A DNA stretch of 64,000 nucleotides from Chrysomallon squamiferum (lineage: Eukaryota; Animalia; Mollusca), in the NCBI GenBank assembly GCA_012295275.1, contig CM022672.1, forward strand, positions 21,390,001-21,454,000, given 5' to 3'. The position numbers were made by a program, and so were the translations under genes. Below, one piece after another: positions 54,140-64,000 of this stretch. Each line of letters starts with the position of its first letter. Position 1 is the stretch's first letter. The notes beneath the pieces were generated by a model. That model did no database searches, was not told the origin of the DNA, and saw only the letters and a list, made by a program, of their open reading frames with translations.

Positions 54140-56245
54140 TCTAGTGTGTGTGTTCCTTTATTTTTGTAAAAGGATAAATTAATTAGATGATAGGTAGGCC
54201 ATTACTGGGATCCAGTTTCAAAGGTATAAATCAAAAGCTGATTTTTTAACCAAAGGGCAATCAACCAACTGGAATCCAAATATAATATAAAACAATTGAA
54301 AAAAAAAGACAAAGTTAACAAGAAAGATGAAACCAAAAAAGTTTGGAAAAGAAAAAAAAATAAAAAAAAAAAAAAAAAAAGGATAAAAAATGAAATTAAA
54401 CCATAACAAGGATAAGAAAAATCAATAATAATTAAAAAAATAAGAGATTCTGAAAAGATAAAAAGTAAGCAAGACAAAATGGTGAGACTGAAATGAAAAG
54501 AAATGAAAACAAAAACCAAAAAACAGAAAAAAACAAAGTCAACCATCAGACCTGACCTATATTTTTAAGGCAAAAATGATCCAGAAAACAAAATAAATGT
54601 CCTTTTCATCAACTTCAAAGCAGCTTTGTAACCACTGATACTTTATTTTCAATAACAACACTGCTTTGATTCAGTGGCAGCTTTATGAGACTGTAATGAG
54701 ACCATTTATACAACACTATCTCAGTAGTAACATGAGATACGCAGGGACTTCAGAACCATTAATGATTAATAAATACCAGTATCTGTTTTACCTTTTCTTT
54801 TTGTTTTTTTTTTGTTGTCTGTTTGTTGAAGGCTGAAGCTTCTGAATTGATATATTTCTTTATTTTATTCCATTGATTTATTCTTTTCTTTTTTTTTCTT
54901 TAAGTGTGTGTGTGCGGAGTGTGTGGCCTTTTTCAGTAAGGTGAAGTTAGCTTTAGTTTAAAAATTTACCCATATTGTTTTACCCTAAACCTTCCAGAGT
55001 AATAAATGTAAGTCTTTGATTTTTACATTGAAAAAGAGAAAGAGACAGTAAAGGGAATCACATATTTATTATTTTATCTTGGTGATAAACACAAAATGTC
55101 AGGGCATATTCTAAATCTAGTTAAAATGCATAGTCTATGACCACTTTATCTGTCAATGTCATGATAAAACTAAATGGTTGGTTTTTATTATTATTATTTG
55201 CTTCATTTATTTAAATGAAGGTTAAATCAATTTGTTAGAAACTTTAAAAGAATCATGTTTAATAGATATTTATTAAATTTTTGGGGTGTTGTTGGTTTTG
55301 GTTTACAGTTTTTCAGGAAGGATTGCAGCTTAAGTGTTATTTTCAAGTAAGGATTGAGCAAAGAAATTTCATAATTAATTAATGTAAATGTTAGCAAAAA
55401 GTAATAATTACATGATGTGACATTTAAAAGAACTACTATTAAAAAAAAAAATTAAATATAAAATCCTCGACACATATGGTAAAAAAGTTCTGGATATAAA
55501 ACATAAATTCACTTTTTCTAAATGAATGAATACAAGAATGAACAAATTACAGAATAACACCAAATCCACAAACAACATATTAGTAACAGAAGTAACTTCA
55601 CAGATAATATGAATATAAATTTTTCCGATAAATATAAAACCCCCAGAATAAATGGAGATACCAAAATGTAAATATCTCTGTTTTCTTGTTTTATTTTTAA
55701 AAGATGTAGAACTATATCAAATAAAATCTGCAGATAAATAAATAAACGATTGAAAATAATGAAAAACAGTCAAGTACTTACTGAGTATCCAGTCTTTTTT
55801 CATGCCACTAGAAAGACATTTCTTGAGACGACAACCAGAACAAAACTTTCTAGTGTGAGGATCAAGTTTACAGTTGCCATCAAAACTGCAGGTGAATGAC
55901 TGAAATAATTATAAATGTAATAATATATTAAATATCAGTGTGAAGTTTTTTGCTGTTTTTATCATATCTGTATGGAGTGATAAACAGACAAACTGATAGA
56001 TCAGTTATATTGATTAGACAGATTAGATATATAAGATGGATAGACCAGACAGATAGATGTACAGACAGACAGACAGACAGACAGAGATAAGACAAATAAA
56101 TAATGGATATATGTTGTTGTTGATGTTCATGCTGGTATGTTGTGTTGTGATAAGCCTGCTATGGCCAGTGATAGAAATAAAATAGCCAAAAAGGCCATAT
56201 CATTGGCAAAATAAGTTGATTTAATGTGCTGTTTCATGCAAAAAT

Positions 56246-56284
<39 letters not shown>

Positions 56285-56817
56285 GTTTTAATGTAAACCA
56301 AACCCCTATTTATTGTTAATCTACAGAAACATTTTTTTTTTTTTTTTTTAATGCCATACATTATTAATTTTAATAATTTATTTGTTTTTGATTTTGTTTT
56401 TACAAGTTTGAAAAGTTAACGAATTTGCACCAAACTGAACCATGAAATCTGTTGCTATTTCTGATTTGCTAATTCACCCTGTATATTTACATCATCTTGA
56501 TACTGCCTTAGGACAGTTATTTAATACAGCCAGCATCAGAAATCTAAATTATTTATATTTTGAGATGGATTTTGCCTTTTTTTACTTCTTTAAAATTTAA
56601 TAAATAAAATACAAATTGTAATAATAATAATAATCATTATTACTTTTGTTTTCAGGGCATTTCTCCTGAAAAATGCTTTGCATGATTCACATGATACTAC
56701 ATCAAAATTGTAGCCAAGGGCACGATCTCCACAGACAACACACAACAGCAAGGTTCCATCTTTAGGCTTTGGACGGCGTTTTTGCTCCTTCTTCAGCTTA
56801 ATTTCAGATGATGGCTG
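51850..56817 (-). CDS. NR1J: Nuclear receptor NR1J (HR96/DAF-12/VDR-PXR related), DBD and LBD exons
   Basis: Exons 56817-56644, 55899-55782, 53728-53277 and 52329-51850, phases 0/1/0. The DBD is [29 protein letters not shown] (P-box ESCKA, typical of NR1J) ... [36 protein letters not shown]. The LBD has [38 protein letters not shown] and AF-2 PLLKEVF. Confidence 0.93.
52460..52840. repeat. Degenerate tandem repeat, period about 100 bp, in the last NR1J intron
   Basis: actgaatggtt...tatctga at 52601, 52704 and 52810; atatatgaaattaa...aactactg at about 52470 and 52686. Confidence 0.7.
54082..54140. repeat. (ATTT)n microsatellite; (AGAC)n at about 56040-56085
   Basis: Direct reading. Confidence 0.95.
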
Positions 56818-59800
56818 CTGCAAGAGGCAGAAAGAATTTTTTTTTGAAATCATTGTATTAAGTGCAATCAATATAAAGTCTTGTCTTATAGGTTGAAGTT
56901 TCGTTGAGTGATTTAAAAAATAATAATATAATATTTAGTCTTGGTGTTTTCTTGGTGTATTTAAAAAAAAAAAAATGTTTATAATGCTTTGTTAGAGCAT
57001 ATCAATTAAGAGTGTTTGTATTACAAAAATATAAAATGGGCAGGTTAATCTGAAGTAAAGATGACAAGAAAGAGACAGCAAGAGAGATAATGGAGGACCT
57101 GATATTTATTTTATTTTTTAATACTAATATGTCAGTTCTTGCTTCTGAAAAAATAGAAAAAAAAAAAAAAAAAATTCAATTATTTTAAATTCATATCAGT
57201 TTCTTTAGCCGAGTTTAAACAGTGAAAAACTGGTATTTAGCAATCAGAAAACTTTAAATTGTTTATCAATGAATAACAATATATCAAAGTATACATTTAA
57301 TTTTTTTTAATTTTTTTTCTATTAATAGCAAATATTTATACATAATACAACATTTAAAAGTTAGGTTTATTTGAAAAGTGATTCATCTGTTGTTGCGTAA
57401 ACCAAAATGGTGAAATGTATAGCAGTCTTATGTCTGCTGTTGTAGAAGTTACATAGGTAATTTTATTTTTATCTTTTTATCATTTTTGTGTTATACATGG
57501 CTAGTGGATTTTTATACCACGTTTACATCAACATGTTGAAAAGATTGCATTCTTGTAGCTGCACTAACAGATAGTTACAACAGTAATTGTAATAGTGAAT
57601 CATTTCTATAATATTTGGTTGATCATTTGTTAAGTCGCTCACACATCAGTGGTTTCCTGAGATGTTTAAATCAAAATGTTGAAAGATACTATATTCTTAT
57701 GTCGACAATCATAGCTAGCTAAAGTAATAATTTGATTTTGATTTCTGGATTATTTCTGTGATATGTAATAATTTTAAAATTAGGTTTAGCTTATATCATG
57801 AATTAAAAAATGGAAATATAGCAAAAGATGTGTTATATGCATTTATATCAAAAAATAAATAAAAAATAATAAAAATCCCTTATGATTTTTTTTTTGTAAC
57901 ACAATGAGAGAAAAAGGAAGAATTAAATGATTTTCAAAGAAAAACAAAAATAATTCAAGCATTAAGTAAATCATTAAGAGATCTTTTCATTCTGACATTA
58001 TAAACAAATCTGAAGCTAAAAAGATTTATAAACCAAGTATAGATAAGTATTGTCTGATTTAATCTGTTCAAACTACGTCTTTGAAAGGAGATTCTGAATA
58101 AACATTTAAACACCACAAGGCATGATACATCATAGCATTATTAAGTAAATGAAAATGACAACAAAACATGAATAATGTACAAATTAACAAGAATTCAGTT
58201 AAAAACTGTGGGAATATGTAAAAAACAGACTTATAAATCAAAACAGTAATAATAAAAATAAAAATATTTATAATAAGTACAAGAGCAACAGAGGTAAGTT
58301 AACTATTTTAACAAATCTATAGCCTCAGATGTATTTTCCCATATATAAACTGAACAAGAAACTGTATCTGACTCATTATGGAAGATGGAACCTATGACAT
58401 TAAAACCAGTGCCCATGGTATATATAATAAGAATTGTAATGTCATATGCAAAATTCAATATTTATTGATTTCCTCAAAAAACAAAACACAAAAATAATTT
58501 TAAAAAATAAGTTTATAACCATCAAGTTGTATTCTACAAGACCATGTACATTTACAGGACACACGTGTAAAAAAAAAAAAAAAAAAAAAAACAACAGTAA
58601 AAAAGAGGCAAAACATGTGACTGCCCATCCTAGCTTTATAAACTATTAAAACAGCAGAAATTTTTACTAAAAACAACATTAACAGTATCAGTTTTTCTGC
58701 AAGTTACATAATAACTTTGCTCGTAATTACAACAGATATAAATATACCTGATTTCATTAACATACAATATGCATTAAGCATTGAAATTGATTTTAAATGA
58801 ACAACATGACATTATGATCTTTCTTCGATTCTACTCACTAACTGATGAAGAAGAAACAAGAATTAGGGAGTTAGTAAGGAGACAGATGGCTAATTATTGA
58901 GATCAAGGAGAAAATAGTAAAGAGCACTGCAAAACTTTGTGACAGAACTTAAGTCATCACCATAAGAATGAAATAATTAATATTAAAAAAATGCATACAT
59001 GATATTAGATTAAAATGATGGATAAGCCAAATGAAGATGCCTTTCTTGGAATGATTTTATGCGTTGTAGTGCTGTATTGAATAATTATTAACAGTTAGAG
59101 AAAGATAATGATACACAAAATATAAAAAGATGATGACAGCACAAATGTAACAGAATCCCTGCATGCTGAAACGTTTTCATAAATTCTGGGTTTTTCTATC
59201 AAATTTAAACAGATAGTGCTATAAACCATATTCTAATTAAACAAGTCTGATATTTGATTCATACTGAAAATCCTAACAGTGTTACATTTTTCAACTATGT
59301 TAGGAAGCACCCACCATCCTTGTATATGTCTTTTTAAAAAGCAATTAAAGCCTCAGAAAATCTAGTCACTTCTGTGTTAATGTAATTTATAAATGGTCCC
59401 ATCATAAACATTTCTTTCAGTATATTAATTCTTTAGTGCTCCTAGTATATCTCAGGGAATGACTCTGTTCAAAAGTTGGCAAAATAACAAAAATTATATC
59501 CTCATTGTCTTTATTATTTTTTGTCTTCTTAAGATATTCTAAAAATATCCTTCTTGTGTGAGACAGGAAGAATTTCAAAAATCTTAATTCTTTTCAGTTT
59601 TAATGTTATAACAAAAAGCATTACAGAATACACATTATCATGGACTGTATATAGTCATATGGAAAAAGAATGCCTGAATTGTTAACAGCAGATTTACATG
59701 ACTACTGTTATTCTCAGTAGCATAAACAAAATGATTAAAATATTAAAAGCAGATTACCAAGTCATCTATTATTCTCATGTGAGACACTCTTGTCCAATAC

Positions 59801-60654
59801 TAAAATGTCATTAAAATGTAATCTGTTCCCACTGAAAACACATTGTTATTTTTTTTTTTTTTTTTTTTTTTATTCTTCTTCTTCGTCTTGCTATCTTAAT
59901 ATATCAGTTTTAGTTCCAAAAATAAAGAATGTTCAAATGTTAATTAACTTTACTTTTTTCATTTGGTTCATTGAATTTTTTGTTGATGAAAAGTTCAGTT
60001 TCAAATGCAGTGTAAATACAATAAAACACTTTTTTTGTTGTTTTTAATTCCATTTTATTATATAAATTTCAGGCGCAAAAAGTAAAAGAGAGAGAAGGAG
60101 ATGGAGGTAAGAAGAAATGAGGATAATAATGACTTATCTAACAGCATTTGTTAAATGATTAATAATTACCTGAAATTTTAATAACCATAATTTCTGAAAA
60201 ATATATTTGTCAAAACTAAGTTAATAAGACTATCAGTAATCATATTAACATCAAAACATTATTTTTTATTAGTTTAATTTTCACTTGGAAATGCAACAAG
60301 AATAGCTTCCCAAAGAAACAAGTAAATTTTCAACCACCTTCCAGCATTTATCTATGCTTGCTTTTTTTCCTGCAGATTGTATCTGATAATATTTTCTCAG
60401 ATTACTTCTTTCTAAATATGTTTTTCATTATTAAAAATGGTGAAATATGGCTTTATACTAATGAACTCTCCCACAACACACACACACACACATACACACA
60501 CAAAATATATATATGAATATAAATACACACATACATATATATATATATATATAAACTCACACACACACATACACACACACACACACTGATATATAAAGAG
60601 GAAAGCAGCAACATTATTTATTTATTATAAATGTGTGTGTGTGTGTAATAAATA

Positions 60655-60712
60655 ACCTTGCTGCTAATGAGTAAGAGTAACCCCATGCAGTGGTAACAGG
60701 TGGTTTCCTCTT
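60655..60712 (+). mobile_element. Fragment of the same SINE-like family, flanked by (TG)n
   Basis: accttgctgctaatgagtaagagtaaccccatgcagtggtaacaggtggtttcctc is colinear with 50806-50860. Confidence 0.55.
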
Positions 60713-61771
60713 CCACAGCCATGTGTGTGTGTGTGTGTGTATGTGTGTGTGTCTAGGATGATGTTATTATAAACCATAATCCATTTTCATGCCATATCAT
60801 TTTACCAAACATTTCTTAATCTTTATTTGTATACAGTAAAAAAAACAAAAAAATTACTTAAGTGTTATTCAAAATCACAGGATTTTGGAAACCATTAAGT
60901 CTTGGGAGCATTCCAATTTAATGATGATCCACTTCTGAAACATTTACCATCAAATAACATCATAAATAAATAACTACACCACTGATGCCAAAATATGTCA
61001 TATCCATAAAAATTCTCAATCCACTCATATTAACAGATACAATTTCAAATAAAATGTACCTTTTAATAACCAGTTTTGATTTTTATTTATTGTGAAATGG
61101 AGAAAGGAAAATTGAAAATGACAAAAAAAATCAGACTGCTAGTATTTATTCATGTAAAAGTATTGTTTTAAAATCTGTCAGAGAGTTAATTTACTGAAAA
61201 ATGTATTGGACTGCTGACATTTATAAATTATATGATACAAACAATTTTTTTATCTCATGAATGTATTTTTATTATATTTGTAATAACTGACAACACATTT
61301 ATACATGCACACTGAAGCCTAAACATTTACTAACAAATGTTCTTTCATTATATTTATTGTGCACAAAGGATAAATATATCTTTTAAACAATTTCATATGA
61401 AGTTTGTATTAAAACTGGAAAAATAACTTAGTCAAATGTCTAAGCTGCATCCCACCTTATTCCACTGAATGTACGTAACAGAAAATACAGTAATTCTTTA
61501 ATTATATTCTGAACTTTAACCAAAATAAATACTGAGCTAAAATAGCTTGAACGCAGTAACAGAAGCCATTCTTCTTAAGCTCATAACAAGATTTATCAAT
61601 GAGATTATACTGAATTTTATTTGATAGATATAACAACTTGTCTAAGATCAGATGAGGACTGAAAACAGAAAAAAGTAAGTAACTTATCATAACAGGGTTT
61701 GCTTGAGATCAGATAATGTATTAGCTGGAATTGGTAAAAAGAAAAAAGAATCTGAAAAATGATTAAATGAA

Positions 61772-61832
<61 letters not shown>

Positions 61833-61963
61833 TATACATATATTCATGTGTGTTTGTGTGTGTGTTTATTATATCCATTATTATTATTATTATTATTATA
61901 ATTGACATTTGATCATGTCATATAGAGTAATAACATAAATAACAAATTCACTTATAATCTTAC

Positions 61964-62026
61964 CTTAAACTGCTGACACTTTTCAAAACCATCATAATAA
62001 CTAGATGAATCAAATATAAAATTCAT
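61964..62026 (-). CDS. Candidate first coding exon of the NR1J gene (MNFIFDSSSYYDGFEKCQQFK)
   Basis: ATG with an in-frame upstream TAA, 21 open codons, ending AAG|gtaaga. This is a strong phase-0 donor compatible with the phase-0 acceptor at 56817. No homology support. Confidence 0.4.
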
Positions 62027-62443
62027 AATTCTAACCCTAAAATTTTGTTTGTTTACAAGCAAAGTTTAAAAGCATGTATATATGTGTTCAGCTCACAATT
62101 TTCAACTCATTCATGTGAGCATTAATGAAGATCTAAAGATTACCTAGTAAAGGTCTTTGAACCTTGGACAAACAGCATCATCTTTAATTGGATGTAGTAC
62201 GTACATTCAGTTAAATAGGATTTTCAAATCTTGAGAAGAAGCATGAACAACAACTGGCAGCTGGTTTCTATTTTCTTTAATAGTGTTAATTCTTTCTTTC
62301 TGGGTGCATGCGTGCGTGCGTGCGTGTCTGCATGCATGTTTCAAAAGATCAAAATTAGGAGAACATCTTGAATGAAACATTTCCATTGCACTCAGTACTG
62401 TTAAAATGTTTTTATAAATTTATTATAATAAATTTTGTTTTTT

Positions 62444-62493
<50 letters not shown>

Positions 62494-63140
62494 ATAATAA
62501 TAATAATAGTAATAGTAATAATAATAATAAAAATATGATTCAATCACAGTATTTCTGAACAAAGTATTTTAGAATGTCTACAAACCAGTGATAATATTAA
62601 GGAAATTAATAACAATTATTTTTCTGTTTTAAAATACAATAATTGAAAAACAAATATAAAACATATTTTTGTGAAAATCTAAAGACAGAAAGGTGAAACA
62701 TAAAACAAAATTAAACAGTCATATAACACAGGTCTGAAAATATTTAGAGATTTCAAAATAATCCTTTCCTTCTAGACATGATTTCTCCCACAGAAAAATC
62801 AATACTAAAAACTGGTCAATATACTGGTCAGAGTGCGTTCAGGTACTAGTTCTATTCTAGGACATACAGAAATGACAAGACAGCTGATTCTTCAGTTTAA
62901 ATCTTACTGTAACAAGTATCCATTATTCTGTATGTGTTTATCACATTAATGGAAAATGTTCATGACCATACCAGTGTTTTGTTTGTAATTTGTTAATAGA
63001 TCAAGATATTTTATTACAGTCTGAATACAAATTTAAAATCCATTCAAATTTGATTAATAATAATTTCTAATTACAGTATTGTTTTTTGTTTGCAATTTGT
63101 TAACAAAAGATACAAATTGTATGTGCAAGTATATATTGTT

Positions 63141-63234
63141 TGTGTGTGTGTGTGTGGGTGTGGGTGTGTGTGTGTGTGTGTGTGTGTGGGTGTGGGTGTG
63201 GGTGTGGGTGTGTGTGTGTGTGTGTGTGTGTGTG
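63141..63234. repeat. (TG)n with (TGGGTG)n; nearby (TA)n at 61777-61827 and (CA)n at 62445-62490
   Basis: Direct reading. Confidence 0.95.
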
Positions 63235-64000
63235 GCTAAGAAGAGATTGCATGTTTTAAACACAAACATTTCTGTTTTAGATATTCTGTTATTTAGTTTG
63301 CTTCAATGACAACTTTGTAGAAAAGGATTTCATGAAACTCACCTGTTACAATTTCATCCAACCTACCAGGTTTCACTAACTAATAATCTGACATTTTATA
63401 TTTATCAGATGGAAAAAGGACATGAAAAACCTTGTTACTGATAATTGTGATGCGAATGAAACTGATGACTCTCAGCAAACTCTATATAAGATTATGAACA
63501 AGAATAAAGAGTTTTATTTAGTTTTGCACTAAACTCATTTTTGAGCTATGGTTAAGGACCATACATATAATTGCAAAGGTAACAGACAACAGGTAACACG
63601 TTCATGCAAACAAGCAAATATAATTGTAGATAAAATGCAAATACATGTTATACAGATATGAATAAAAATACCCTTTTCTTCCTAACATATCTGAACCTTG
63701 ATGTTCAGTTTAAAATAGAATCACTTTCTCTTCCTGTCGCTTTCAGTTAATGGAAATGCGGATGAGAAATATCACAAGGAAAATTTCTTTTATTATTATT
63801 TTATTATATATATAAATATATGTGCATGAGGGTGAGTGTGTGTGTGTACATTTGTTGTTTTTTCTTTTTGGTTACTTTTTTTCATTTATTTTATTTTAGT
63901 GATTGTTATTCAGAACTAAATGACAATCAACTTTCACTTGTAATTATTATTTCAAATTGTAAAATAAATTACATTAATGTTCATTTTGTTCTTTTGCTGC

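Noticed and set aside
60921-60986. C/D-box-like motifs (ATGATGA...CTGA); similar at 13456 and 28791
   Set aside because: Antisense to the host gene or too short, with no terminal stem or recognisable rRNA guide.
62031-62040. CTAACCCTAA telomere-like motif
   Set aside because: Fewer than two full units; expected by chance.

Overview
AT-rich, microsatellite-laden animal genomic DNA, most likely a mollusc (gastropod suggested by a decayed SINE recalled from gastropod genomes and by an NR1J-type receptor; taxon is inference). Five intron-containing genes were assembled by hand with GT-AG boundaries and consistent phases. (1) The last two exons of a DIPK1/FAM69 divergent kinase (+, 7-1044), with a 2-nt frameshift at about 891-895 and altered metal-binding residues. 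(2) A complete FAM102A/EEIG1-like NT-C2 protein (-, 27058-14125, 8 exons, 332 aa). (3) A CCDC172-like coiled-coil protein with a C-terminal extension (-, 33094-29213, 9 exons, 366 aa). (4) Head-to-head with it, a 497-aa RING-HC E3 ligase (+, 33694-39386, 7 exons) whose non-RING motifs resemble a plant RING family rather than Neuralized, followed by a decayed copy of its RING exon. (5) An NR1J/HR96/DAF-12-type nuclear receptor (-, 56817-51850, candidate first coding exon 62026-61964). The two long intergenic gaps look like multi-kb 3' UTRs and carry candidate bantam, let-7, miR-183 and miR-29 target sites. No tRNA, rRNA, CRISPR array or intact transposon ORF was seen. Most supplied ORFs are simple-repeat artefacts. 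Family assignments rest on recalled motifs, not database searches.
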